DNA of 64,000 nucleotides from Bilabrum cf. latius. Lineage: Eukaryota. Positions within the stretch are counted from its first letter, which is position 1. Every line of letters starts with the position of its first letter. The notes beneath the pieces are model-generated. The model saw only the letters and a list, made by a program, of their open reading frames with translations, was not told the DNA's origin and did no database searches. Below are positions 39,806 to 53,028 of the stretch, one piece after another. The position numbers were made by a program, and so were the translations under genes. The stretch spans positions 124,001 to 188,000 of the forward strand of contig OZ237768.1 of assembly GCA_965178125.1 (NCBI GenBank), read 5' to 3'.

Positions 39806-42800
39806 ATGGCAGCTTATGCTAGTGAAGATGACTGGTCAGATGCGGCGTACGTGAGATGAACTTGCGATTTCCTCCGATGTAGAGCTCCGTTCTCAGTTGC
39901 TCGCAAGCCTCGCGCCAAGATGATCGCAATCCATCACGGCCACCAACACATTCTTCGCAGGATGAAGACGCGAGCGACGATGACTTTGATGTAGAAGAAG
40001 ACTTCGATCCAGCGCCAAAAAAAGCGGCAAAGGGAGGAAAGAAAGCTGCAGGGGGCGGCGCAAAGAAGAAGGCTGCTCTCGCAGAAGTATCCTCGAACAC
40101 TGCACCCAAATCCTCGAAAGGAGGACGAGGTGGCAAGAAAACCATCGAGTAGATATACTAGAAAAAGACCCAGCTGGAACATATTCTGCTGCGGCCGGAC
40201 ACTTACGGTGAGACATCAAGATGTCAACGAGAAGCAGCTGCTTGTGCTCGCTTGAGCTTGCCGCTCATCTCCTCAGCGATCCCCCATCGGGAAACAAAAA
40301 TCCATAGAATCCTTTCTATACATTACAATAGATACTTTCTTGCACTGCAGTCGGGTCCATGAACAAGGTGACGCAGCCCATGCACGTCTGGGACGATGCC
40401 AAGGGAGCCATCGTGCAACGCTCCGTCACGTTCGTGCCGTCCTTGTACAAAATTTACGACGAGATCCTCGTGAATGCCGCGGACAACAAGCAGAGAGATC
40501 CCAGCATGGACGCAGTGAAGGTGGACATCGACCAGGAGGAGGGCTCCATCTCGGTGTGGAACAACGGTGAGCGAGCGAGCACTGGGGCTCCAATGGTCGA
40601 CCGTCCCGAGCCCAGCCGATGGCCCGATCCCATCGCTCGCACCTCGCGGTCATTTCATTGTCGGCAATCATTTCCACCCCATCGGACCGCGCCTCTATCC
40701 CGCCCATCCCCGCAGGCCGCGGCATCCCCGTTACGATGCACAAGGAGCACGGGGTGTACGTGCCAGAGCTCATCTTCGGGCACCTCCTCACGTCCAGCAA
40801 CTACGATGACTCGGAGCGAAAAGTCACGGGTGGCCGCAACGGGTACGGCGCCAAGCTCGCCAACATCTTCTCTGACGAGTTCACGGTGGAGACGGTGGAC
40901 AGCGAGCGAGGGCTGCACTACAGGCAGGTGTTCCGAGACAACATGCAGGACAAGGGGGAGCCGGAGATCACCGAGCTGAAGGGGGGCAAGCAGAAGAAGA
41001 AGAAGGCCAGGTCCCCGGGCCAGGACTTCACGCGCATCACCTTCAAGCCGGACTTGAAGCGCTTCAAGATGGACAAGCTGGACGACGATACCGTGGCGCT
41101 GCTCAAGAAGAGGGCATACGACATCGCGGGCGCCACGCACAAATCCGTGTCGGTGCACCTGAACGGGACCAAGATCGACGTGAACGATTTCAAGAGCTAC
41201 GTTGACCTGTATATCCAGGACGACGAGGCCCCTCGGCTGTTTGAGAACTGCGGGGACAGGTGGGAGATCTGCGTGTCTCTCAGCGACGGGCAGTTCGAGC
41301 AGATCTCATTCGTCAACAGCATCTGCACCTACAAGGGCGGGCAGCACGTCAGCCATGTGGTGGACCAGATCGCGCAGGAGGTGTGCAAGGTGGCCAACAA
41401 GAAGAACAAGGGCGTCAAGGTGAAGCCGCACCACGTCCGCAATCACATGCGGGTTTTCGTAAACTGCCTCATCGAGAACCCTACCTTCGACAGCCAGACC
41501 AAGGAGAACATGACCCTCAGGCCGCAGTACTTCGGCTCCCAGGCAGAGCTGGCCGCCAAGTATGTCAAGTCCGTGGTGAAGTGCGGGCTGGTGGACCGCG
41601 TGCTCTCCTGGGCCAAGTTCAAGCAGGTCTCTGAGCTGAAGCGCAAGGGCGGGGCCAAGAAGCAGACCGTGCTGGGCATCCCCAAGCTGGATGACGCTAA
41701 CCTCGCGGGCGGGGCCAAGGGGGAGCAGTGTACGCTCATCCTGACAGAGGGTGACTCGGCCAAGGCGCTGGCCGTGTCTGGCCTCAGCGTGGTGGGGAGG
41801 GACCGCTTCGGGGTGTTCCCACTCAAAGGCAAGCCCCTCAACGTGAGGGAGGCCACCCACCAGCAGATCCTCAAGAACGCTGAGATCCAGAACGTGGTGA
41901 AGATCATGGGCCTGCAGTTCGGCAAGGAGTACACCTCGGCCAAGGGTCTCAGGTACGGGCACCTTCTCATCATGGCGGATCAGGACCATGACGGGTCCCA
42001 CATCAAGGGGCTCATCATCAACCTGATCCACCACTTCTGGCCCTCGCTGCTGCGAGTGCCAGGCTTCCTGCAACAGTTCATCACGCCGATCGTCAAGTGC
42101 CGCAAGGGCGGCAAGAGCCTGTCATTCTACACTATGCCCGAGTACGAGGCCTGGCGCGAGCAGACCAACGGGGGCAAGGGCTGGAGCATCAAGTACTACA
42201 AGGGTCTGGGTACCTCAAACTCGCAGGAGGCCAAGGAGTACTTCAGGGACCTCGACGCGCACGTGATCGATTTCGTGCTGGACGACGAGAAGGAGAAGGA
42301 TGGAGCCAAGGGGGGCGCGGCTGCCATGTCGGACAGCGACGAGGACGAGGACGAGGACGATGACTGGGAGGGTGCGGGCCGCGCGGCTGCCAGCGGAGCT
42401 GGTGCCGACAGCAAGTCCGCGCCGAAGGCTAAGGCTAGCAGCGAGGACCTCATTGACCTGGCTTTCAGCAAGAAGAGGGCGGACGACCGCAAAGCCTGGC
42501 TGCAGGCGTACCAGCACGGGACCCACGTGGACTACGCCGTGGAGGCGATGAAGATCTCCGACTTTGTGAACCGCGAGCTGATCCTCTTCTCGAGGGCAGA
42601 CAACGTGAGGTCCGTGCCCTCCGCCATCGACGGGCTCAAGCCATCGCAGCGCAAGGTGCTGTTTGCTTGCTTCAAGCGCAACCTTAGGAAGGAGATCAAG
42701 GTGGCGCAGCTGGCCGGGTACGTCTCGGAGCAGTCCGCCTACCACCACGGCGAGGCTAGCCTGGCAGCCACCATCACGGGCATGGCCCAGAGCTTTGTGG

Positions 42801-45800
42801 GGTCTAACAACATCAACCTGCTGGTGCCCTCGGGCCAGTTCGGTACCCGGCTCATGGGCGGCAAGGACGCCGCCAGCCCCAGGTACATCTTCACCAAGCT
42901 GCACGCGATCGCCCGCCTGCTCTTCCACCCCGATGACGACGCGCTGCTGGCCTATCAGGAGGAGGACGGGCAGACCATCGAGCCGGAGCACTACGTGCCC
43001 GTGCTGCCTCTGGCCCTGGTCAATGGGGCGGACGGCATCGGGACGGGGTGGAGCACCTTCGTGCCCAACTACAATCCGAGGGACGTGATCGCCGCCCTGA
43101 GGGACCTTCTGGCCGGGAGGCAGCCCAAGCAGCTGCGGCCGTGGTACAGGGGCTTCAGCGGAGAGGTCATCGGCAAGGCGCCCAAGGGGTCGGGGCGAGG
43201 GGCCGGTCGGGCCGTGGCTGCCGTGCCCATGTCGGACGATGGCGGGGCTGCCGCCGGGCCAGTGGCTGCGGCCCAGGAGCCCGAGCCCACGACGTTCATC
43301 TTGCGGGGCAAGGCCGAGCTGAACGACAAGGGCGACCGCTTGGTGGTCTCTGAGCTGCCTGTGAGGCGGTGGACCTCGGACTACAAGCAGTTCCTGGAGG
43401 AGCTGACCCCCCAGGCCGAGAAGGAGCGAGAGAAGGGCAAGCCCAAGGGCAAGAAGGGGGCCAAGGGTAAGGGGGCGGCCGCCAAGAAGAAGGCCACTGC
43501 CAAGGGCAAGGGGAAGGGGAAGGGCAAGAAGGGCGCGCAGGCAGACATGGAGGACGACGAGGACGAGGACTTCGACGACTCCAAGTCGGTCGCCTCCACC
43601 ACCTCCACCGTGGCAGAGTCGACCTCCACGGCACTCGTCAAGGAGCTCAAGGAGGGCCACACGGATACCACCGTCCTGTTTGACCTAGGTCTCACCCCTT
43701 TCGCGCAGAGGGCGCTCCGGACCAAGAGCGAGATCATCAAGACGTTCAGGCTTGACGCGCAGGTGTCTGTGGGCAACATGCACCTATTTGACAGGGACGG
43801 CCGCATCGCAAAGTACAAGTCCCCGCTTGACCTCCTGAGGGAGTTCTTCGTCGTCAGGATGGAGCTCTACGGCAAGCGCAAGGCGCACATCCTGTCGGTG
43901 CTCCGCGAGGAGCAGCGCATGCTCCGCGCCAAGGCCCGTTTCATCACCGAGGTGGTGGAGGGGTCGCTGGTCGTGTCCAAGCGACCCAAGGCGGAGCTCG
44001 TGGAGGACCTCGCCGAGCGCGGGTACCCCGAGTGCGAGCCGTCCAAGATCAAGCAGATGAGGAGCGGGGCGCACCAGCCCGCCAAGCAGACGGACGACGA
44101 AGAGGAGGAGGACGATGGGAACAAGGCCAGCGGCACGGTCAGCCGCACCGGCTACAACTACCTGCTCGGTATGCCCTTGTGGAACCTGACCCTGGAGAAG
44201 GTGCAGGAGCTCAGGGCGGAGGTGGACGCCAAGGACCAGGAGGTGATCGAGCTCGAGTCCACGGCCCCTGAGCAGCTGTACATGCGGGACCTGGACGCGC
44301 TCGAGGGGGGTCTCACGGAGATGGACGGCGAGATGGCGGACGCAGAGGCGGACGAAGCCAAGGCGAGGAGGTCCTACCAGAAGCAGGCCGGCAAGGGGAA
44401 GAAGGGCAAGGCGGGCGGCAGGAAGGGCGCCCTCAAGCGAGCCCAGGCAAAGGCAGGAGCCAAGAAGGCAGTCAAGAAGGCTAAGCGAGCCGCTGATGAT
44501 GATGACGAGGACGAATTCGACTCTGATGCATCGGTGGACGAGCTTGAGCTCGAGCTAGCAAGCGATGGAGAGGACAGCGACTTCGATGAGGAGGACTTTG
44601 CGCCCGCCCCGAGCAGAAGCAGGAGCAAAGGGGCTCGTGCGGCCCCAAGGCGGGGCGGCGGCCGAGCAGCTGCCAAGAAGGCCGCTGCGAAGGTATCTGC
44701 CGTGGCCACGCCCATGGAAGACGATGGCGACAGTGATGGGGATAGCGAAGCCCAGTCCCGTCCCGCCGCGCTTCCTGCCAAGTCGAAGCAAACTGCGGCA
44801 TCCAAGGGCAAGGGCAAGGCGGCGGCTCGTGTCGCCGTGCAGGCAGCCTCTCCCGTGCCCCAGGCCCGCCCCACTACTGCCGATGACTCAGACAGTGACA
44901 GCGATTCGGACGAGGAAGAGCCCCCGATCGAGACGATGAGCCTGGCGGCGCGACTCGCCATGCGGACGGGCGGCAGCTCCTCCTCTTCTGCTTCTGCATC
45001 CAAGGCCTCCTCCTCGTCGTCTTCGTCAAGTTCCAAGGCTGCGTCCTCGTCTGCTGCTGCTGCTCCCAAGAGCAAGAGCAAGCCGAAGAAGGCAGCTACC
45101 AAGAAGGCCAAGAAGGCAGCGCCTGTCTGGGAGGACAGCGACGATGAGGATGACCTTGAAGCGGACGACTTCAGTCTGGACGAAGACGACGACGATTTCG
45201 AGCCTGCGCCAAAGGCCAGGGGCAAGGGTGGCAAGGCCGGGGCCAAAGCCACAGCAAGCCGACGCAAGCAGGCCAAGGGCGCAGGGACAAAGCAGGCCGG
45301 TGCGGGCGCGGGCAGGCGCAAGGGAGGGCTGGCTGGCATCAAGCGGCCCACGATTTAGGCGAGGAGGGAATCGCTCCTGGATGACGATGACGACATGTCC
45401 GCCATGGCCAGTCCGGGAGTGGCGATGGACGCTGTGGTATCGCCCAAGAAGCCCCCGGCCAAGAAGAGCAGAGCAGCAGCAGGTGGCAAGAAGAAGGGCG
45501 GCAGCAAGGCGGCGGCCTCAAAGGGCAAGGCGAAGGGAGGAAAGAAGACCGGCAAGGGGGGCAGCAGCCGGGCTCGCAAGTCGTACGACAGCGACGCCGA
45601 GGAGGACAGCGACGAGGGCGAGTCGTTCGGCGTGGGCAGCGAGGAGGACGAGCTCGAGGTGGCGCCCAAGCCGAGGGCCCGGGCCAGCAGGAGGGCAGCG
45701 GCAGCCACCCGAGCCAAGTTCGTGGAGCTGAGCGACGAGAGCGGGAGCGAGGATGGGGCGGATAGCGATGACGGTGAGGCAGAGTGGGACGATGGAGATG

Positions 45801-45814
45801 ATTCCGATTTCTGA
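39806..45814 (+). CDS. TOP2: DNA topoisomerase II (eukaryotic type IIA), 4 exons
   Basis: Motifs KKTQLEHILLRPDTY, EILVNAADN, GGRNGYGAKL, LILTEGDSA, PLKGKPLNV, MADQDHDGSHIKGL, DGLKPSQRK, YHHGEASL and ASPRYIFT (catalytic Tyr). Introns 39851..39960, 40208..40350 and 40567..40715. In-frame TAGs at 40150, 40159 and 45356. Ends at TGA 45812-45814. Confidence 0.97.
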
Positions 45815-46030
45815 GGCATCCGTGGATGTGCAGCATACTACCCAATTATAGGAGGGGCACCGGAATGAAGTGGTCGGCAGCCAGAAGCCAGCATTGAGAC
45901 CAGACGTAAGACATAAATGCATGACAACTTGCACCATTGACAAGATGAATTCTATCAGATTGAGAATATCAGTTTGAGTAATTAATCCTTTTGGATCCCA
46001 GTAGTTCGAGTCTAGCCATTAAACTAGCCC

Positions 46031-47452
46031 TCACTGGAATGAGTCGTGCATGACCATCCGCCTTCGCCTGGGCGACTTGCGGGCTGAGGCTGGTTGCCGC
46101 CTCCTACTGGACGCAACCATGCCCCCTGCATCCCCTCCACCGTGTTCTCCTCCCCAATCAGCCTGCGACTGCGCCTCCTCGCCCACATACGCAGCACCTC
46201 CTCTTTGACTGCCCTTACCAAAGTCCACGCCCGGTCCTCCGTCCACGATGCCATCGTCCAGCTCACCAGCGCGCTGCTCCTCCATCATCGTGGACAGGAA
46301 GCGCGACACCGCCAGAGTCTCCCCAAGGTCCCCACTCCCATGCCCTTGAACTTGCCCTTGTCCTGCCACCCTGCTGCCCTCGCCCCCAGCACCATGCATG
46401 CCGCCCCACTCCTGCTCCATGTCCATGGTCCCATCCCCGCCCCACGGCGACCTTGCACCCTGCTAGTGCATTGCACCCTGCTAGTGCATTGCACCCTGCT
46501 AGTGCATTGCACCCTAGTCCATCGCCGTCTACTAGCGCCCTGCAGATACTCCACTGGGAACACCCGCCCCGTGCTGCACCCGCGCCTAGTGTGCCGGTAC
46601 CTCCCCGCTGGCAGGGAACAAGCCGAATCCTGCACCTCCCTCTCCCACTCCCACTCCCTCTCCCCTTCCCACTCCCTCCGCTCTATGGGCGGCGGATGTT
46701 GACCGGTCAGCGCCAGAGTCGCGTCCGAGGCCCGAGGCAAATCGAACGTGGGGGCCTTGATGCCGCTGTGGATGAGCTTCCCTTCCTTCCCATTCCTCCT
46801 CCTCCTCTTCCTCCTCCTCCTCACCGCCCGCAGTGCCCCGCAGGTTGAACAGCTCCTCCCGGTTGACCTGCTGCTCCTCGCCAGGGCCCACCAGGTCATC
46901 TGGGCGCAGGGGGGCACGGTTGGCAGGTTCTACGGTAGGCTCAGAACCCCATTCCTGAAATGAAGCCTCGTGGGAGTTCCAGCCGTCCTCAGGCTGGCCC
47001 GGAGCGTCCACACGCCCCTCAGAGCGTGCGTTTCGGTCCCGGGAGCCAGACCGGCTTCTTGCTGGAGATGACCCTGGCGACCTAGCAAACGTGTCAGATC
47101 CTTTCGACGTATCGTTTGGCGGGATTGCAAACTCCAAGACGGGGTGCAGCAGTGCCCAACCTACCAAAACCATCACCATCTCTGTCAGCACCCCCACTGC
47201 GGCACGCCCAGCGAAAGATATCGTGCCAAGCGGCGTAAATAAAAAGTTACCCCTATTCATTATACACCAAAGTAGCATCAGGGACCCGGCAATGACAGGA
47301 AGAACGCTAAAATTGCTGCTAGGCTTTGCTGTAACGCCGGCTAGTCTAGCGGCCGCGCCTGCTGAGGCCAGGATGGCAATAACAGCGCATACACCGGGCA
47401 AATGGCTCTCTAACACAGGCTGAATGGCTGCCAATCTGGCGTCCATGGTCAT
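46031..47452 (-). CDS. Hypothetical membrane protein with about 3 N-terminal hydrophobic segments
   Basis: ORFs 46586..47452 and 46031..46426 share a frame joined by several TAGs and end in TGA. The N-terminus is hydrophobic. Confidence 0.6.
46452..46517. repeat. 18-bp tandem repeat (ttgcaccctgctagtgca), about 3.5 units
   Basis: Visible directly; in the coding frame each unit reads ATG CAC TAG CAG GGT GCA. Confidence 0.85.
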
Positions 47453-47702
47453 CGATTTGTCCTAATTCTGGCCGGAATGCTCGGTTTTGCTGTAACGTGC
47501 AGTTTGCAATCCGGATCAGCTTCGGACCACAGTTCGTGTTCGGCTCCAAAGGGTGCTACTTTAAGTAGTAAACATGCCAAGAAAGCAAAGAAAGATTGTA
47601 AGACTCATCGACAGTCAGCGCACACTTCCCAAGCTTATGACCTCTGGACTAGTTGTTGAAGCGTCCTGCCACTGAGCGCAGTTTGGGACTCCTCGTAGCA
47701 TA

Positions 47703-50700
47703 ATGGACGGAATACGCTCGCTGAGTGTTGCAGTTAGCCGGAAAGAAAATAAGTATCCCGTGGATGACTAGATTCATGTCAAGCATGGTGGCCAGTTAGC
47801 AGAATCTTCCCTCGAGTTGGACGGCTCAGTCGCTGCCATGCCGCCCCAGCTTCCGAAACGGAGTTCATCGAGCAGAGATGCCGTCAATCACGCGCGCAAC
47901 CGCAACAATAGTTCTCAGACCGCTGTCGTAGGCACCTTTGACGGCATATAGCCCGACCAGCGTGGTTTGCGGGTACCAGCTCAACCAGGTATTGCTGACT
48001 AGAGCGGAGCTAGGCTATCGGCAGTAGCGGATTTTCCAACAGAGCTGGTGTATGAAGGCAGATCCACTGCTATTGCAAGACCTGCATCCAGTACCACCTC
48101 CCAGCAGCAATCACGCCGGGAGCCTAAGACCGCATTCGAGAAACTAAAAGGCAACCAATAGCGCTTCGCTCAGTACGTGCTAGCCAGCATCGAGGCTGGC
48201 ACGCCCCCCAGCGATGCCTTCGATGCGAGATAGTCTCGTTGGCATGTGCCTACCATGTGGCAGCAGGTACAAAGAAGGCGCCGAACCGAAGCGCAGCTGC
48301 AGTTTCTAGAGCAGCGGGCCGCAGCATACATGGCAGGCGAGACGGAGGACAGCTCCAGATACACGCAGAGTCTCGAGGAAAACGCGAGCTTGGAATCAGG
48401 CGTGCCCATGATCAGTCCCTCTGAAAGGCTTGCTTTGCGTGAGGATATCATCCAGACGCGAAAAGAGCTGCTTGACCGTCGCGTGCGATCCGTCAACTCG
48501 GTTTTATCGCTAGTGCGGCGCGGCACTCCCGTTGACGACTCGGTCGTCTGCTACGGCAGAGGAGGGATGCATCAGATGCCAGAGTCCGTGTCCGACAGGA
48601 CACGACAGCTGCTGCAGGCACACGCCGAGGCCGGCACATTTCAAGCCCGCCTTCTGTCGCACGACAAAGAGTACGCGCCTGGTAGCGAAGATGATGCAGC
48701 AGTTGGCGGAACCAGCACTCCAAGCATCGGGGATCGAATCTAGGCTTCGACAAGACTATCTTGGGATGCACCTGCCCGCGCCAGATCACGCTCCACCGGG
48801 TCATTATCCGTGGTATCGCAAGAAAAGCTGATGCGCCTGCGGCAGATTGTCCGAAGGAAGCACTCCGAGTCGTTGAACTCGTACAGCCCGGACGGGGGCA
48901 GCATGTACGAGGTCGATGATGCCACTGGCGAGGCAATGCGGGGGGCGGGCGCAGCTGGAGAGCTAGTGCACCCGCACGCAAAGCTGCTGGCCGTGGCTGC
49001 AGCCAGCAGGGGCAGTGCCCCAGCACCCGGGGGTGGTGGTGGTGGCGGTGGTGGCCAACTTTCTCAAGGCGCTCGGAACTAGAGCCAGTACCACTGGCAA
49101 AGTGCCGGCGGCGAGCGCTTGCATGATCCTCGTGGGAAGACTGGCAGCAACAAGAGGAATTCTGCCTCTCTAATGCTGGAGGGGCTGGTGGACTCCCCTG
49201 TGCCATCCACTGCCACTGCAGTCGCTGGCGACGCCCAGTCACGCCACGGGGCGTGGAGGCACAGGAGGCCAGCGAGGCGACGAGTGGGAGCAGTGTCATC
49301 TGCGGATGCGTTTTTGTCCGGAACGTCAGCAGTGCCAGAGTACGGGTACAAGAGAGCCCGCGCCTCGAGCCGGATGGAGCTAGACGTCCACGAGCTCAGG
49401 CAAATACGGGATAGTCTGCGGCGCAGAGTGGGAGAGAACCAGCAGCGGCTAATGCGTAGAGAGTTCGAGGACAAAAATCAGCCAGGACAAACAAATACGG
49501 TCTCGAGTGACCAGGACCACAGCACGGGCAGCGCGCAGTCGGCCAGCCCCCTGCCAGTGATGTACCCACTCGCGCGGATCAAGCTGCCCACAGCATCACC
49601 ACTGGCAGTGAAGTGGGGCCCAGATCGCACCAAATCCCCGCTGCAGCTTCCACTTGAGAAGCAGATCCGCGAGCTTGTGCACGGGCAGAGCTTGCAAGGC
49701 GCCAGCCGCGATGAGCGCGCCCAGCGCATCGCATCTCTTGTCAAGGATCACGTGCTTGCACAGCTGCGGCAGCCCTCGAGATCAGCAGCAGGTCGGAACG
49801 AACTGAGGCAAGGAGCGACGCAACAACCCAGTGATCCTGCCGCCTAGGCTGCCAAGAGCAGCGAAGGGTCTGTGCATCAAATCAGCGGTGGAGTGGGAGT
49901 CGCATCGCCGCTCACCAGACCCCCGAGCGATCCACGCTCGAGTACCTTACTCGAGGCTGCTCGTCCCGAGGGCCCTATCGCCTCCAAGAGTGATCAAGAA
50001 GCCATCGCTAGCCCTCTGGAACGACCACGAGAAGCACTATATGCCAGCCCGAAGCGCGTCAGGTACCATACTGGCAAATCCATGGAACCCGACGGTGGGG
50101 TCTCGTGTGCAGTCGGGCGCTTGTCGGAAGCTCAGGATACTTCGGAAGGGTAGACCAGCCCGGGGAGCATCGAGCCCACCTCACCGATTCAGCGGCACAG
50201 CCAGAGAGGCATCGGCGTGGACGCTGTGATTCATGCAATCAGCAGCAGCAGGCACCCGCCAGAGATCCCGGGGGGCATCTCGGCCATGGCAGCCCAGCTT
50301 GGCGTAATCCCTGCGCCGCGTGGTCGAGGCGGGCCGGCCATGAAGAGCCGAGATGATGGCGCTGCAACAACGGATGCCGCAAAAGCCCCCGTCCTCCAGC
50401 AGCAGGCGCAGCTGAGGGCAGTCTTGCAGGAAGCTTTGCCCGAGGTATTCGAGATGAGGCGAGAGCTAGCAGAGGCACGGCTCGAAATACACAGGCTGAA
50501 GGCACAGCAGGGCCGCAACGGGCAGAACAGAGCACGTTCCGGTGGAACCGGTGCCCCCTACGGGTCTACGGCTGGTCTATGGCCCCAACGCACGCCGCCC
50601 AAGCCGGTGGGAAACGCGCCAACGTTCCGGTCCTCACTTGGGGACGGCCTTGAGGTGGCCAGCGTGCCGATGCATCTGGGCGCAGTTAGCATGGACAAAT

Positions 50701-51080
50701 CTGCCAGCACACTGGGAAATACAAGATACCCCCATGGTAGACGGCGGGAGCTTAAAGACACAAAGATCCACAGAGTTCACCCGGCGCAGCCGGCCCAAAC
50801 ACCTGAGGGGCTCGTCTTGCACACTGCCAGTGCCACCAATGACAGCCAAGGTGAGGCCTCTTTAGTGGGCGAAACAGGCAGCTTGGCTTTGTCCAGCGCA
50901 AAGCCGCCGACCCCCCCTGCCTACGACCTGGACCTGGAGAGGACGGCGGCTGCTGCGGAAGGTCAGGTTAGCACCGGAAGGGCAAGTCTAGGTGCTCATG
51001 ACAGCCGCGAGGCTTCGACGCAGCATGTTGGCAACCCTATCTCTCACCGCGGCCCTGGATTCATGGAAAGTGTGTCATGA
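47703..51080 (+). CDS. Hypothetical protein, about 1125 aa
   Basis: One frame from ATG 47703 to TGA 51078-51080, interrupted only by TAG (at least 9). Joins ORFs 48246, 48810, 49119, 49872 and 50217. Confidence 0.65.
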
Positions 51081-51226
51081 TTTTGCAAGCGCCGAAAGAA
51101 GCGCAGCTGAAACACTCGTAGACTCTCATAGTCAGAAGACTACACAAAACCATCAGGATCGGATCCGAATCAGATCCATTCCAGCACACTCTCACCGCGT
51201 AGGCCACTGACACCAAAATGCCCAGC

Positions 51227-51611
51227 TCAGTCCCTCCAGTCTTCGCTGCCATCGAATAGATGCTCAGGCTACCACTCCCGTACGATTGGGTTCCACACCA
51301 TGCCCTCTCTATCCTCTTCCTCGTCCTCGTCGCTACTCTCAGATTTCTCCACCCTAGCCCGCTTGGCGGCAGGACCGCTGTCCCCATCACCCGCGGAACC
51401 GCCCTGCGACTTCGGGGTCGCAAGCCCGAGCACCTCGTCATCGTCCCCCGCGTCCAGCAGGCTAGCGATACCACCGGGCCGGCCCGACCGCTTGCTGCCG
51501 ATCGAAGACAGGGTGGACTCCCGTGACACTTGCCGGACTGGGATGCTCTTCGCGGCTCGAGGCGAGGCAGACACCAGCGGCGTAGAGCTACCGGCATCTC
51601 CTTGCGATGTA

Positions 51612-51652
<41 letters not shown>

Positions 51653-52900
51653 ACTACTGCCGCTGCTTGCAGATGCGGCAGCCGCCGTGGATGGGACCGA
51701 CAGGTGGCTGGGAGCCCCGGATGTGCCGCTGCCTCCCTACCTGCCGTCCATGCTGCTGGTACCCTCTGGTGGGGCCGCCACTACCACTACCTTGTGCCCA
51801 CCTCCCGCGGCCCTCTTCTCCGCCGCGATGGCCCTGGCCCTCCCCAGTCGTCTCAGCGCCGCCTCTATCCTGCCCGCCCTCTCCCCCGCTTGTCTCGCCT
51901 TGTTCTCCAGCACAGGCACCTCTTGCTTGAGACGAGCCACCAGCTGCACTCGCATCCCCCTGGCCTCCTGCGCCACGCGATTCAGGTCTTGCGCCGTCCT
52001 GACGTGCTTGTCAAGCTACTCGCAGAGCCATCCCAGCTCATGTTCCCCCACATCAGCCAGGGGCATTCCCGGGGCCAGCACGGCGGCGGGCATCGCCTCC
52101 ACCTTGCTTCCCATCGTGGCGCTGGCCCGCAGGCGAAAGACAGCGTCCTCGAGCAGCTGCTCGGTGCTGGCAGCGCCGGCCCTGGCGACGTAGTCCGCCT
52201 CGGAGGGCGGCTGCACGATGGCATGATCTGCCTTGAATGCATCCTCTGGCACATCACCCGATGATGACGACGACGACGCAGCTGAGGGTGATGAGGCAGA
52301 GGAGGACGAGGAGGAGGAGGAGGCGCGGCCGGGGCCCATGACCTGCTGCAAGCCCTATCTCTGCTTCATTATCACGATCCTGGCCCATGGGGTAGGACTG
52401 AAGGTTGTGGGATGCACCAGCGAGGCACGAGCCGCGTCCGGGCGGTCCAGCCTGGCTGACAGCTGGGCACCGCGCTCAGGGGACAGCGCACACTGAGGAC
52501 CGCTCTGCAGCTACAAGATCTTTTTCACGCTGGGTACATGCTCCGGGGAACGGTATGCTACTACGTCCATTGCGTCGCTTAGGCATCCATCCAGCGTGGC
52601 CACCCAAACCGCTGGCGATACCTTGGGTTTCGGCCCCACCGATCCAGAGTCAGCATTCTATCGAGCGTGGTTGGCCTTAGCGAGCACATCATTTGCAACG
52701 TACATAAGCGGAAGTACCCGATCACGAGTAGCGGCGTGCAAGGCTCCAGTCCAGAGCTTCGAGATCTGTTCGCTGTATTTTGAGTCTGCCAGCATCGCAT
52801 TGGCTAGTCGAACGATAACTGACTGTGTCACGGTTGCAGCATTCAGCTCTTTACAAAGCCGTTTAATGTCATTGCTAGGAAGGTCGGTAGCCCCTGGCAT
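51227..52900 (-). CDS. CID (RNA Pol II CTD-interacting domain) protein, RPRD1/RTT103-like
   Basis: N-terminal ...LNAATVTQSVIVRLA...W...LPLMYVANDVL, matching the CID LYLANDV motif. Same-frame ORFs joined by TAG; ends ...DWRD-TGA at 51227-51229. Confidence 0.7.
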
Positions 52901-53028
52901 TTTGATGTATGTGCCGGGAACCCTTTTTTCGGCAGATTGCACGTTCGGAGCGAACCCGAGCGAACCGGCATTCTTTCAAGTGCAACAGCGTCCAACAAAT
53001 ATCAGTGTTCGTGTACAAGAAATCCAGA

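Noticed and set aside
40150-40161. A-to-I editing (UAG to Trp), pyrrolysine or UAG=Leu
   Set aside because: The conserved positions require Gln in TOP2, TAF7, CSN2 and ES1. One kinase site (RQI*QHP, 11377) is often Leu in other kinases, but it is variable and outweighed. U-to-C editing cannot be excluded without RNA data.
46452-46517. CRISPR-like array
   Set aside because: Contiguous tandem units with no spacers, inside a eukaryotic CDS.
51613-51660. (CTG)n tract with CTA units as a CAG/TAG poly-Gln on the minus strand
   Set aside because: In the CID-gene frame it reads AGC/AGT poly-Ser, so it is not evidence for the code.
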